Positions 47,096 through 60,489 of a stretch of DNA of 64,000 nt are shown here, piece after piece (position 1 is the stretch's first letter; the number at the start of each line of letters is the position of its first letter). The notes beneath the pieces were generated by a model that was given only the letters and a program-made list of their open reading frames with translations, was not told the DNA's origin and searched no databases. The stretch comes from Camelus dromedarius (Eukaryota): the NCBI RefSeq assembly GCF_036321535.1, contig NC_087436.1, positions 120,282,001 to 120,346,000 of the forward strand, in the 5' to 3' direction. The translations under genes were made by a program, and so were the position numbers.

Positions 47096-47804
47096 AGAAC
47101 TGGGCGTCCAGATTGTTGCCTGGAGCCCAGGGAAAGCGGGATGGGCAGAAGGGACGCACACGGGGTGGGGGGTTTCACCGCATCAGTCAACACTGGCCCC
47201 TCGGGTTAACCTCGGCCTTAGGGAGTGTTGGGTTTGTACCCACAGGGCCCAGCACACAGGCCAACATCCAAAGGTCGCAGTTGGCCTCTATACTCAGGCA
47301 GGCCGGGGTTCGCGGATGCCTGGTCACACAGCCTGTCTGCGGGGACAAGTCCCAGCTCCAGTGGACAGGCCGAAGTGTGGCCGCAGACCTTCAGTGGCAG
47401 ACGGTGCTGCGCGGGGGCCCAGCCCAGAGCCACCACCCGCCTCCTGAGACAGGGGTTCCTTTGGTGTCTATAAGTAATGCTCTTCATTGTAAGAAACCCA
47501 CAAATACCCGAATCTTGAAGAAAATGAAAATCCCCTGCTAATCTGTGAGATAACCGCCTGGCACCTCAGTGGCCGTTCCACCGGGCATTTCTATGCCACC
47601 AACAAGCAAACAAACATACATATTCATAGACACACCTATGGTGGAATTTATACTATAGTGAGACGTACTCTTTCGTGGGGCAGAGCCCTCGACTGTCCTC
47701 ACGGGCTCGCTCCAAAACTGAAACCCCAAGCACTCTGCAGAGCCCTCCCCGCTCCAGGGAACCCTCCCAGCTCCGCGGAGGGGCTCAGCGTGTCCTTAAG
47801 AAAG

Positions 47805-48905
47805 ACACAGCTTCATTGAGATACAGTTCACATACTGTACGCTTCACCTATTTCAACTGTACAAGTCAGTGGTTTCCAGCATGTTTGTAGAGTTGTGCTG
47901 GTCATCACAATCCATTTTAGAACATTTTCATCACCCCCAAAAGAAGTTCCCTACCAGTCCTCCTCCCTCAGACTCCGGCGACCAGTAATCTGCTTCCTGT
48001 CTCTCTAGAGGTGCCTATTCTGGAGATTTCGTGTAAATAAAAAGGGACCACATGTGGTCTTTCCCGTCTGGCTTCTCTCACTCAGCATCACGCGTCCAAG
48101 CTTCATCCATGCTGCAGCGTGTGTCAGCGCTCCCTTCCTTTCTGTGTCCCAGTGATATGCCACCATGTGAACACACTACGCAGACACACCCATCAGTTGA
48201 AAGACTCTGGGGTTGTTTCCACTTCAGGGCTGTTACGAATAAGCCACTGTGCCCATTCAGGCACAATCTATTTTGTGTCAACGTATGTTTCCATATCTGG
48301 CTGGGTCCCACGGCAACTCTGGACTCAACCATTTGGGGAGCTGCCGGACTGTTTCCCTAAGCAACGGCACCATTCACCTTCCCGCCAGCTGCAATGTCTC
48401 TGCATCCTTGACAATACTAGTCAGGGCCGGGCTTTTTGGTCACAGTCAGCCTGGTGGGTGTGGAGTGTGTCTCCCTGCAGTTTGGATTTGCATTTCCTGA
48501 CGGCAGGTGATGCTGAGCGTCTTTCCACATGCTTGCTCACTATTTCCACATCGTCTTTGGAAAGATGTCTATTCAGATCCTCCGTCCGTTGAATGTGACT
48601 GTCTACTTCTGGTTGAGTCATGAGAGTCGTTTATATATTCTGGACACGAGTCCCTCCTTCAGTACAGGACTGGCAAGTATGGTCTGCCCTCCTGTGGGCT
48701 GTGTCTCCATTTTCTTCGCAACGCTCCCTGCAGCGCCAGAGGGCTGGACTTTGATGAGATCCAGTTTACCTACGTTTCCTTTCGTTGCTTGTGCACTTAG
48801 TGTCATTTCTAAGAAACCACGGCCTGATCCAAGATAACAGAGACTTAGCCCTATATTTTCTTCTAAGAGTTTTATAGGTGTTTTTTAGTTTTAGCTCTTA
48901 ACCAT
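47805..48905 (-). mobile_element. L1MB-like 3' end and ORF2 C-terminal region
   Basis: cagcttcattgagatacagttcacatac...; minus frames give the L1 ORF2-like EDLNRHLSKDDVEIVSKH and GLVSRIYK. Confidence 0.88.
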
Positions 48906-50122
48906 AATTTTACATAAATAGAATCACATTTCCCTTACTGTGCTTTTGTTTTCTAATCACAAGCTGCCGTTTCTTCATCTGGGAATCGGGAGCCACAGTG
49001 CTTGCTTCACCGGGTTTGTGCACATCTCAGCGTCACCATTGTTTGGCTCTTCCCCGCAGCGCTCCCACCCGCTGTCCGTGAGGGCGCAGCAGGGCATGAA
49101 GGACACCGTGTTCTCAGCAGAGCAGGGGGACCCGCCCAACCGCCGGCATGGAAATTCCATTTGAGAAACGGACATCGTCACGTGTCTCAGCTCTCGGAAT
49201 CCAACGGTATTTTCAGAACAATCCAGTATGCTGACCAGGTCGGGGGATGTTGCCTGACCCCAAGCCAACTGGGGCTCTAAGGCCCAGAGTGGGAACTCCA
49301 TGCAGGGCTGCCAGCCCGGGGGCATCCACAACTACCCGCTTTGGGGGAAACAAGGACGGAAGGTTTGCTCTGCCAGTTCATAACACCCTGGGAGGGAGGA
49401 ACCGTAATCAACCCAATTTTACAGAGGGGTCCTGGATGCCCCCCGCCCTCCGAGCGGTGAAGGGCCCTGACCAGGCCCATAGGGAGGTCAGGCCACAGTC
49501 AGGGCTGGAAGCTTCACTGATCCGGCTTCAAGGCCATTGCAGCTGCCACACCCCAGAAGCTGCCACCTTCAGTAAAAAATCCTTGAGCCTCCCAGAGTGC
49601 AGGGTGCTGACAGGGCCGTATGGACAAGGGGTCCCGGATCCTGCCTCTGGACAGACGCCGTGGCCAGAAAGGAGGACACCAGTGAGGGGAAAGCTCTGTC
49701 CTGGCTGCCCAGAGCGGAGGGGCCCCTGGGCACCGAGCCTCGTGCTGGGACAGAGGCCTGAGGACAGGGTGGGAGCATCGCAGGATGGAGGCAGGAGCCT
49801 GCAGGAGGCTGGACCCTTGCCGGAGCCCCTGCACACCTCAGGCTCATGGAGGCTTTCCCCTGTGATCCACACCTCTCTGCTCCTGGGGGTCCAGGCCCCC
49901 GGCTTTGCCCCCTCCCTTCCTCCACCACACTCCCCTGCCCTCTGTGTTTCCTCCCCTCCCCGACCCCTGCCCCAGAGCTTTCTCCCCCACCATCCTCAGC
50001 GCAGCGTGTCAACACGTGGGGTTGGAGTGAATTGTAAGCTCGGTGTTGTTTCTGTCTAAGTGGCTTGAAGGGCCCTGTTCTTCCATCAACACCGGAAGGA
50101 CCCTTTACGATCTTTCTTAAGA

Positions 50123-50315
50123 CTGGATTCTAAGCCTCGGCTCAACTGAACCCTGGGCTAGACGACTCTTGTGTGGGGCCGCGCTGTGCACTGCGAGGGG
50201 CGGGGAAGCATCCCTGGCCTCGACGCCCCAGGTGCCCACGGCAGCGCCACCCACACCGAGCTCAGACAATCAGAGGTGTCTTCCAGGGAGCAAAATCGCC
50301 CTCGGTTGAGAACCA
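50123..50315. mobile_element. MER20 (hAT-Charlie) DNA transposon
   Basis: agcatccctggcctc...gggagcaaaatcgccctcggttgagaacca matches the MER20 body and terminus. Confidence 0.75.
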
Positions 50316-51067
50316 AGAAGCTGCCTCAGAGGAAGAAAAGGTGGGAAGCAGGGAGGGAGGGGCAGGTGCAGTGGCCGAGGGCCTGGTGCCTCGACCCAGA
50401 CCTTGGGGTCGGACAGCAATACCTACTACAGTGTGACACAGACCCTCCCCTTCCCCAAGTCTCAGCTTAGTCATCTGTGAAATGGGTCACTCTATGGCTG
50501 GCATCAAGAGTCCATAAGAGAGTCCCCGACGCCAGGCATACAGCTGGGCACACCGGCCCCACCGCCTTCACCCACGGTGGGGCACAGGCTGCCACCCGCC
50601 CTGTCGGACCCCGAGGTAATTTGTGGGAATCGAGACTCCAGTGAGAAAATAAGCCTTCCTCCCCGGCCGACGGTCTCAGTGGACAGGGCGGTGTGGGCCT
50701 ACCTGTCTCTCCTCCAGGCATCCTCATGGAGTGTGGCCTCCGCGTGAAGGGCCGGCACCGTGGAGGCTGCAGGGGGCAGCTGGGTGGGGGTGAGAGCCTC
50801 TGCAGCCAGCACGTCTCTGGGTGGACACGCCAGGGTGTCACGTGGCTGCTGCCACCCTCATGCCCGAGGAGGGACAGGCCCACCCCTTCCCGGCACACTG
50901 AAATAGACTCCCACCCCGCTCCAGAGAGGCACCTGTTCCCAGGCGTCCCGGGAAGGGACTTTGAAAGGCAGTGGGGGAGGGGCCCGGCAGGGCCAGGACC
51001 GTCCAATGCCCGCGGGCCTGGCGCCATCACAAGCCCCCTGGGACCTCCTGTGGGGGGTTACAGCCCG

Positions 51068-51483
51068 TGCCTGTGTCCTGGGGCTGCCTGACAAAGCCCC
51101 ACAAGCCAGGGGCTTCAACAGCAGACATTTATTGCTCCCAGTCTGGAGGCCAGAAGCCGGGAAACCTGAAATCAGGGCGCAGGCAGGACCACGCCCTATC
51201 CAAGGCTCTGGGAAGGACCCTTCCCTGCGTCTGCCTGCTTCTGGGGCTCAGGGGGCCCCGGGCTTGTGTCTCCATCACTGCAGTCGCTGTCTTCTCTCTA
51301 TGTCTCTGTGTGTCCTCCTCTCTTATAAGGACATCCATCACTGGACTCAGGGCCCACCCTGATCCAGGATGACCTCACCTCCACCCCCATCTTAGTTACA
51401 TCTGCAGAGACCTATTCCAAATAAGGTCACGCTAACGTCCTGGGTGGACATGAATGTGGGGGTGACCTACTTAACCCACCGCA
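51068..51483 (-). mobile_element. MaLR (MLT1A-D-like) LTR
   Basis: ggcttcaacagcagacatttatt...ctggaggccagaag...tcttataaggaca...tccaggatgacctcacct...ttccaaataaggtcac. Confidence 0.82.
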
Positions 51484-53929
51484 GTCCCGTGTGTCAGAGG
51501 GGAAGCTGAGGCTTGGGACACTCTGGTGACCTACGGGAGGCCCAAGGGCATGAAAGGCAGTGTCGGGGTCCTGCCCCGGTGCGTCTGACTGCGGGTCCCT
51601 TAGGTGTCCCCTGTTCTCCCTGGTATCTCTGCTACATTCAACCTCAAGCTCTCCAGGGGCAGAAGCGCCACGTGACCCGTCAGCCAAGTAAGCAGTGAGC
51701 ACCACCTTGCGCCCAGCACGGGGCTGCTGAGAACCCGCGGGCATTATCCTGGTTAATTGTGCGCATGATGTGTGCAAAGCCAGCCTGGTGAACTGGGGCC
51801 AGGATCCCGCAGAGGAGAGGCTCTGGGGCTACCCTCACGCACCAGTCTCATTTCCCGCTGCTGGGCCCGAGGCAGCTCCAACAGCGCCCCGCAGAGACCA
51901 CCTCACTCCTTCAGCTCTGAGGAGTCGGGAGCAGGTGCTGGCAGCCTGGTGGGGACTTTCCAGACTAATCTGACTTTCGCTAATCACACTGCTGAACGGG
52001 GATGGCAACTGCTTGCAGCAAGCCCCCAGGGCTGCCCCCAGCATTCCTGCCGGGCCCACGGGTCCCACAGGTGGGGACAGATTACGCACTCAAGGCAGAG
52101 AATTATATCCCCTCTTGCTTATAAATGAGAAGAGTTTCTCCACTCATTTATTCTGCAGCAGAAGGAACAACAGGGCAGAAACAACAATGGTGACAGTGAC
52201 AATGACAGCAGCCTCCCCCCCCCCCACTGAGCTCTCAGCAGGCCCCAGGCATTGCACCACACCAGAGGCAGAAACTGGCAGATCCTGACTTTCCTGACGA
52301 GGAAACTGAGGCCGAGAGACAGGTAGGGGTGGGCCAGCTCTGGTGAACAAGAGGGGGTTGCAGGCTTTGAGTCTGACAGGTGGACCAGGGACAAGGGACA
52401 AATGTAACCCATGCCCGCCAAGGGTAACACAGCAGGTGGTGGGGGCTTCCAGGGGCTTGAGGGGGTGCCTTGGAGGAGAGAGCCCGGGGAGACGCGGAGG
52501 CCAAGGAGTGGCTGCTTGATCAGCACCAGGAAGGGCGTGCCAGGCAGAGGGAACAGCCTGCGCGAGGTTCGAGGGTGCATGTTCCTGGGAGGACAGATGC
52601 CCTTGGCTACACGAGGCTGGGGCATTCGAGGGGCTGGGGAGGTGGGCAGGGGCCAGGGCAACTGACACTCTATCAAAAAGCGTGGGCTTTTCCCTGAGAG
52701 TGAAGGAGGCTGAGGTTTGCAGGCGTTTGAAAGAGATCCATAGCAGGAGGAGCTGTGGGTCCCGCCCATCCACTGGGCGAGCTTTGCTCCCATCCTGGAC
52801 ACGACGTGGCACTGGACACCTCACAGGGCCCCTCGGAAGGACCCTCCTGCCCGTCCCCTGAGCCCTTCCCGACTTCCGGGGAGAGCACCCAGCTGAGGCC
52901 AGCCCCCTGCCTTTGGGCCACACTTCCCCAGGCTGGCACCCTCCCCATCAGGGTACCCCAAGGGCCTAATGCCTCCTGTCCATCTAAGCTGGAGGTCAGG
53001 ACACCTGTGTCTGGGACCATCTGCCTCAACACTGCAAGAAAAGCCTCCTGGGAGAGAGGGGCACATTAGGGTGGGGGTTTCTTGGCCCCTGGGACCCTCA
53101 GGCAGAAATCAGTACAGGGCCTGGCCCCCCATGCCCACCAGGCTCCCCCAGAGCCCAGCCCTCACTGCACTATGCTCCCCCATCTGCAGTGACTGCCAGG
53201 CCCCTGGCTCACGGGGACACTGAAGATAAAGAAGTCCTCTATCCACAGAGGTCCAGGGTCCGGGGACCCACGGCCTCCTGGACCATGGCCTCAGGCGCTC
53301 TCCAGGGCTCAGGGGTGGAGGGGGTGCCAGAGCCCTATCTCTTCCCCGTTGGTTCTGGATGGAGGGGCAGGAGGGTCACACCCAAGGGGAGGAAAGGCCA
53401 TGTCCTCCAGCCTCATGGGAGATTTCTGCCCCGTGGCCTCTCCAAGGTCACCCATGTGGTCTGAAGTCAGACGACCAGGAAGCTGATGAGTGTAAGCCAG
53501 TTCACGATTTGCATGTCCCATCCTGGGACCTCGACTGGTTAGGGCTGTCGGGGAGCAATCCTCTTCCCTCCCTGGACCCTGCAAGGAGGAGCCCCTCTTT
53601 CCCTCTGAGGATGTGGGGTGAGGGGGAGAGGCGAGACATTCCAGCCCCCCTTGGAACCCTCTGGACTGGTTCCTGGGAAAAGTAGCAGAGAGGCAGAGCT
53701 GGGCCCAGAAAACCCGTGAACCCTTGGGTCAAGGGCACTGGGGACACGCCCTTGGAACCAGGTTCTCTGCCACTGGTCAGTAGCTTCCAAACTGTTCCAG
53801 CGCACAGAGAGGGGTGTACACCAGACAGTGACCCCACATGCACACACGCACACCTGTAGGGCGGACTGAGTTTGGGATCTCCCTACATCCTCACCCTTAT
53901 CAGGGTCTCCTCTGGGGGGAGGGCTCTTC

Positions 53930-54226
53930 CCATCCCGTAATCTGTGTTTGCTCAGGTGGCTGCTTTGGCCAATGGCACGTGGGCGAGAGTGACAAGGTGC
54001 CGGTTCTGAGTCGGGGCCTCACCGTCTCCACCTGCCCTACTGGGCTTGTTTTCCTGCAAGAAGGGCATCGCAGGTCTGCCTGGTCATCCCAGGAGGATGA
54101 CGAGGTGGGCAGAGCCACCAACGGAGCCCAGCCCGGCCAGCTGCACCCCGGCCAGCCCGCAGGCCCCGAACCAGGATGACCCATGGCTGACTTATGCTTC
54201 TGAGCTTTGGGGTTGTTTGTTCCAAA
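53930..54226 (+). mobile_element. Old MLT1-like LTR fragment
   Basis: tgctttggccaatgg...gagtgac...ttctgag...ctgagctttggggttgtttgtt. Confidence 0.5.
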
Positions 54227-54678
54227 GCGTATTCGTTTCCCACGGCTGCAACAACAAACTACCACAGCTGAGGGGCTTAGAAGCACAGTCCTGGAGGCCG
54301 GAAGTCCAGTATCAGTATCACTGGGCTGGAGTCCAGGTGTCTGTGGGGAGGGGCTCCCTCTGGGCTCCAGGGAGGCTCCTTCCTGCCTCTTCCAGCTCCT
54401 GCACCCTTGGCTCGTGGCTGCATCACCCCATCTCTGCCCCCATGGGCCCCCACCTTCTCGTCTGTGTGTTGCTCTGTAACCACCCTCTGCCTCTCTCTGC
54501 TCAGAAGCATCATGTTGGCATCAAGGGCTCACCTGGATAATCCAGGATAATCTCCCCATCTCAACATCCTCACGTTAATCCCATGTGCAAAACACCTTCT
54601 TTCAAATAAAGCGACACTCACAGGTCCCAGGATGAGGACACGACCTATTTTGGACGGCCCGTTTTTCAGCCTACCACA
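54227..54678 (-). mobile_element. MaLR (MLT1C/D-like) LTR
   Basis: aacaaactaccaca...ctggaggccggaagtcc...cacctggataatccaggataatctccccatctcaa...ttcagcctaccaca. Confidence 0.82.
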
Positions 54679-54689
54679 CGCAGAAACGG

Positions 54690-54870
54690 TTTATATGATA
54701 TGTGAATGCATAACACATTTTTTTTCACCAAACAACGCTTAGCCTTATTACTCTCAGTGTGCTCTGCTATTTTTCTATTCGATTCAACTTCTTACATAAC
54801 AAAGGCTGCTGTGACCCACTAAACTGATTTCACCCCCACATGTGGGTCGCCACCTGCAGCGCAGAACATT
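54690..54870. mobile_element. hAT-Charlie-type DNA transposon end (MER119-like)
   Basis: tgacccactaaactgatttcacccccacatgtgggtcgccacctgcag resembles this terminus. Confidence 0.45.
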
Positions 54871-55649
54871 CCATCCTAACTGCCACACCTGTACCCTTGC
54901 CTGGGGCGGTGGGCGGGAGGATCCCAGCAAAAGCAATGAGGATTAAGAAAGAGAAATGCACTGAGGGTGGGCAGGTCTGACGTGTGCTGGGAAGGACCCC
55001 CAAACTCGAGGATGTGGTCCTCCACCTGTGGCCCCCACAGTGGCCTGCATCCCCCAAGCAGGCGGGCTCATCAGGTGACCTGGGAAGGGGCCCAGACTAA
55101 AAGGGAAAAGGGGAGTGAGGTCCCAGCTTCCGTCGCTCCACTTGCTTCCCCGGCTCCTGACTCCCCCCTCCTCCTGCACACCCCCTGCTCCACGTTCCAG
55201 AACAATCCTTCCCCCTGGCAGCCCCCTGCCGCTCCCACCCGTCCTGGTGCCATCTCCAGTGATGCTCGCTTGCATCTTCATTTCCGAATGCTGCTTAAAA
55301 AGATGAGAAACAAGTGAGATCAAGGGCCTGGAAAGTTACGACAGATGGCATTGATTTTCCAGGTGAGTTTAAGGCAAGGAGGACACCAGCACTTTCTCAG
55401 GGGCATCCAAAATCAGGTCTGAAGGTGTCTGAGACACCGTCCAGTCCCTGGACAAAGACTCCTAAGACCTGGCCTGGCCTCTCCTGAGCACTCAGCCCCC
55501 AGAGGGATCTGCATGCACAGTTGGAGAAGAGAGTGCCTCACTTGTCACCATCCTCTCTCACCCACCTCTCCCCATCCTCCAGCCATGCCGTACATCACAC
55601 ACCGATACCCTTGCCCAGCTAGCCGGTCTGCAACTCGTAGACTAGTGTT

Positions 55650-55830
55650 TGCAGCTGGCTCCATCTCTCAGCAGCTGTGCAACCTTGGCCCAGTGGCTTT
55701 ACCTCTCTGGGTCTCAGTTTCCTTGTCTGTGTAAAGAGGGCACCTGCCTCCTGGGCTGCAGAGAGACTAAGTGAGATGACACATGGGGCACCTCGCCTGG
55801 CACGTGATGGGCACTTGGTCAGTGGCATCA
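55650..55830 (+). mobile_element. MIR SINE
   Basis: cagctgtgcaaccttggcccagtggctttacctctctgggtctcagtttccttgtctgtgtaaagaggg. Confidence 0.7.
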
Positions 55831-55837
55831 TTCCTAA

Positions 55838-56231
55838 CCGTCTGAGTTTCCCATGGCTGCCGGAACAAATGACCACAAACTGAGTGGCTTAAGTCACAGA
55901 AATCTGTTCTCTCCCAGCGCCGGAGGCCCAGCGTCCTGGGTCAAGGTGTCGGCAGGGCTGCGCTCCCTCCAGAACCTGTGGGGAGACTCCTTCCTGGCCT
56001 CTCCCGGCTCCCGGTGGTTGCCTGCCATCCTGGCCTGGAGCTGCAGCCCCTCAGTCTCCGCCCCGCCATCGCATGGCCTCTGCTCCGTGTCTCTTTCCTT
56101 CTCCTAACAGTTACGACCTCATCCTAACTGTTACATCTGCAATAACCCGATTTCCACATAAGGTCATACTCCCAGGGACCAGAGGCAAGACTTCAACATT
56201 GCTCTTTGGGGACACAATTCAGCCCAGAACA
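55838..56231 (-). mobile_element. MaLR (MLT1) LTR
   Basis: aacaaatgaccacaaactgagtggcttaa...tcaaggtgtcggcagggc...tttccacataaggtcatact...gggacacaattcagccca. Confidence 0.8.
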
Positions 56232-57599
56232 CGGACCTGTCACCAAAACCATCCATGGTCTCGGAGCAGCCAGCACGAGCCGTCCGAGTTACAGCAAGCG
56301 CTTTCTCCCTGGACCTCGCAGGGCATCCCCTTCTCTGACTCCTCCCGCCCGCCCCATTTCTCACTTTTTGAGACCCTGCCCTCCATCAATGGTCCTCCCT
56401 CCCTGCCAGGCTGAACTCTGGGTCCCCAGCACTGAGTGCCTTCTCCGGGGGCTCACCAGGCCTCCCAGATTGAGACCAAACTCCTTGTCCCCGACACCCA
56501 GCCTGGCTGGACAGCATGCTCAGTCCACCCTTCTTGCCCTGTTCATGTGGGAGGAGCTATGCTCTTGAAGGACCACATCACGGCCACCTGACAGTGTCCG
56601 CGGGACCATCTGAGACACAGGTGCTCCTGAGATAGCAAGCCTGGGGTCCCCTAAGGGAAAAGACAGCAGAGACCCCCAAACATCAACCATGAGGTGGCTG
56701 AGCAGGACTGCCCCAGACGCCCCAGGGTGGGGCTAGTTGGTGGCGGCCCCATCTGCATAACGAGGAATAAGGGTCTGTTGGCTAAGTCCCCCGGCCAGGC
56801 GCAAGGCGCTCAGGGATCCCGTCCCGCATGGCGCTGGTAGGCTAACAGGGGGACAGACACAGACGGGGAAACCAAGTAAGGTGCAGGCTGACCCGTGATC
56901 AGTGTTAACAAAGGAGAAAGCAGGGCAGTGGCGCATGGCGTCCACTGTGTCTGGTGGCCTCTCGGAGGAGGCAGCCCCGGCCCTATGAAGGCATCAGTTA
57001 AGAGCGGGTGGACGAGTCCAGCAGAGGCGTTGGCAGGTGTGAAGGCCCCGAGGCCCAAGGAGCCGAGAGCAAGAGGAGGCTGCTGGGAGGCATTTGGATT
57101 TCACTGGTGGGGGTCTCGGCGGCCCCCCGAGCCTGCTGAGCAGGGAAGTTGCCAGTGAGGAAGGCTGGAGGTGATGGAGTTTCTGTCTCCCCGCTCAGAG
57201 ACCTTCTCCTAGGACAGCACTGCCTTCTCTGCCCAACAACACACCTGGACACGGCCTCCTGGCGCCCCTGACCTGCCCACTGTCCCCAGCACGCACCCCA
57301 TCCCGGGCCCCCAGACGAGGCTGCCGGCTTTCCGGCGGAGACGGCTCGCGCCCTGCCTGACAGAGCCCAGGGCACACACCTATCTGCCTCCTTCTCAATA
57401 CAGACAGACAAGCAGCCCCACGGAAAACAAGCAAAGGACAGAACAGCAAATTCACAGAAACACAAATGACCCGGAAGCTGGAAAAATGCCCTCGGGCACC
57501 CGGGGAAGGCAAACTAAAGCAGGGAGGTGCCCTTTTCCCATCAGTTGGCAAACACAAAAAGACTGCCCCTGTCCTGTTGGGCTGGGAGGGGGTGGGGAC

Positions 57600-58352
57600 A
57601 AGGGACTCTCTTGCCTTTTGGTAAAGGAGTAAATTAGGGCAGCCTCTGGGGGGAGCGGTTTGGCAGAAGGCAGTCCCAGTTAAACAACTCCAGTTCTGGG
57701 AATACTTGTTTCTTCCACTTAGAGGTCTGTTTTCACGAGGGTGGAACGATGTATGTGTAAGAACCCTCGTCTCCGCTGGGTGCACACAGGCTGTGCTAAA
57801 AATCTGAAAGCATATGTGCCTCCCGAGCGGGATGCGGGTCACAGCGGCGGCTTCTTGCCAAAAACGCTCAGCCCGTATCTTATCTCCAAGAAAGAGACCA
57901 ATCCAGATGGGGGACAATCCACAGGAAAGCAGGTCTGGACTCTAACTGTCAGTGGCATGAAAGAAAAACAAAAGCAAAAAGGTGGGAAGAACCTTCTAGA
58001 ATAAAGGAGACTAAAGACAGAGACATGCTAAGCAGTTGTGGGTGGTGCAGGACAGGATGCTGGAGGAGAAAAGGCAGACAAACGTCGGTCTGTCAAGGTG
58101 CCCCGAGGGGAGGGGGAGGGGGACGGGAACGTGGACTTCCCGTAGGTGATATTCAGGTTCTGACGTGTGCTAAGCACGGAAGGGTTAGGGCGCAGCTCAC
58201 TTCCATGTAGTTTAGAAAAGAGAGAGAGGGCAAAATGTAGCAAAATGTAGCAAAATGTGGATAACTGTTGCATCCAGATGCAATTATTACAGGGTGTTCA
58301 TTGTACTGGTTCTTTCCCCCCAACTTTTCTATATGCTTAAAACTTTTCAAAA
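57600..58352 (+). mobile_element. Old L1 (L1ME/MC-like) fragments
   Basis: tctagaataaaggagactaaagac...gggtgttcattgtact...caacttttctatatgcttaaaacttttcaaaa. Contains GCAAAATGT(A/G) x3 at 58230-58259. Confidence 0.6.
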
Positions 58353-59049
58353 GAAAGAATTGGGGGGAAAAACTGACGAAGAAGACAGACAACTCCCCAG
58401 ACACAGGATGGATCAGGACTTGCTAATTTTATCCTCGCAGATCCTGAAAAAAAAAACTGCAGTGACAGAGACAGACCTGAGGCTCAGAACCCCTGGGTCT
58501 GTGGCTGAGGAAGCCCTCTGCTCTCCCGGCCCTCGGTTTCCCCACCTGTAGACACAGCTGGCAAATGCGTGGTTTGCAAACACCACCACCTGCCCACTGC
58601 CAGCACCTGCGGCAGACATAATGGTCGACTGCCTGTTCTTTGCTTCTGTGTGATTCAGTCCCCCAGCTTGTGAGCTTCTAACGGTGGGACAGAGCTTGAT
58701 GCATCTCGTTTGGCCCAGCCCAAGGCAAAGAGGAGAGTGGACCTACTTAGTGTTCAATGAATGAACGAATGACCGAGAATGGATGAACGCACGCAGGCAG
58801 CTGGACGCTCCCCGGGAAGGGTGAAGGCACGGGCTCTGAAAGTGGAAAACCCTCCACCCAGCATCCTAGCATCTCGCCCGAGGCTGGCATGGCGCGAAGT
58901 CCTCTCACCTCCCAGCTTCAGTTAAGGGGCACCCGGACCACCCAGTTCACTGGACGGTGGCGAGTGACCAGTGAAGCGCTGCACCTTAAGTGCTTTGCTG
59001 GGGGCCAGACCACAGGATGGCACTGGGTCGCCTGCCACAGAGCTGCTGG

Positions 59050-59545
59050 CGGGGCCATGAAAACCCAGCTGTGCATTTGCACACCCGTTATCATAACAGC
59101 ATCGTTCACAAGCCAGAGGGGAGAGCGGCCGTGGTCAGACGGGCGGACAAACAAAACGTGGTCTGTTCAGCAGAGTATGAGCCAGTTGAAAGAGGAGGGA
59201 GATCTGAGCCCTGCTACAGCACAGATGACCGTGGAGGACGCTACGCCCAGAGAAACAGGCCAGTCACAAAGGACGAACGTTGTATGTCTCCACTTCTGTG
59301 AGGTCCCTAGAGTAGACAAACTCTAGAGACAGAAAGCAGACTGGTGATTGCCAGGAGCTGGGGGAGGGGGGAGGGGGCTGGTGTTAATGGGGACAGAGTT
59401 TTTAGTTTTGCAAGATGAGAAGAGTTCTGGAAATGGTGGTGGTGATGGTCGCACAATGTGAATGTACTTAATGCCACAGAACTGTGCACTTAACGACGGC
59501 TAAGATGGTAAATCTAATGGTGTATTTATTTTACTAAGATTTAAT
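59050..59545 (+). mobile_element. L1MB-like 3' end
   Basis: gccagtcacaaaggac...gtgaggtccctagagtagacaaa...ttaatggggacagagtt...caatgtgaatgtacttaatgccac. Confidence 0.85.
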
Positions 59546-59704
59546 TTGCCCTATGTCCAGGGCAGCAAAACTCCAATGCAGGAAGGTGTTGTGGGGGGTG
59601 GCTCTGGCTGAGCCAGGAGAAGAGGGGCTTCACTCGCTGACCCCATCAGGTCTGCTTTGTGGTCAATGACACACCAGCATCCCTGCATCACCAGGCAGTG
59701 GGGT

Positions 59705-59804
59705 GGGCTGAGGGGAGCCACCCGAGCCCCATGCTAAGGCATGCCCACGGGGCTGAGGGGAGCCACACCAAGCCCACGCTGAGGCACGCCCACAGGGCTG
59801 AGGG
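59705..59804. repeat. 45-bp tandem duplication, about 2.2 copies
   Basis: GGGCTGAGGG recurs at 59705, 59750 and 59795 with similar intervening sequence. Confidence 0.85.
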
Positions 59805-60489
59805 AAGCGGAGGAAGGAAGACGGAGGACATTTTCCCATCCGTGTGGCTAAATTTATCCCTCGTTGCCTGGGGCTGTGTCCTGCAGGTGGCCTTGGGTCC
59901 AGATGTGACTTCCCCAGCACAGCCGCGCTCCCGCTCAGGCCTCGGGGAACCGAGGCTGCCCTGCCTGATGGAGCTGTGGCCCCGGATCACCCACCCTGAC
60001 ACTGCCCAGGCATCTAGACCCCAGTGGTGCCAGGCCCCGACTCTGCACAGGCCCTCATGGGCTCAGAGGATTCTGAGCTGGGGGACACAGTGCCCACTTT
60101 GGGGTCCCGGTAGAAGGAGAAGGAGGCAGATGGAAAGGACACAGACTCACTCAGACGAGTGGACAAGAATGTGTGTCAGTGGGGGCAAGAGCAGGAGCCA
60201 CAAGGGGGTCGGGGGACCAGTAGGACACCCACCCCTGGGGCAGGTGCGGGCGGATGGGGAAGGGGCAGGGAAGGAAGGCACCCCAAGAAGGGAACAGGCT
60301 GGGTAAAGATTTTTGGGGTGGGGAGGGTGCAGCTCACTTGGGGAACCTCCAGAGCTCGGTGCAGCCAGGCACAGGGAGTGCGCGGAAGGGAGGGCGGGCG
60401 GGACTGGCTCTGCACGAGCCAAGGAGTCCAACTCCTGCCAGGTGGGCTCGGAGGCCCTGCCCCCAAAATACCCCTCGCTGACTGTAAAG

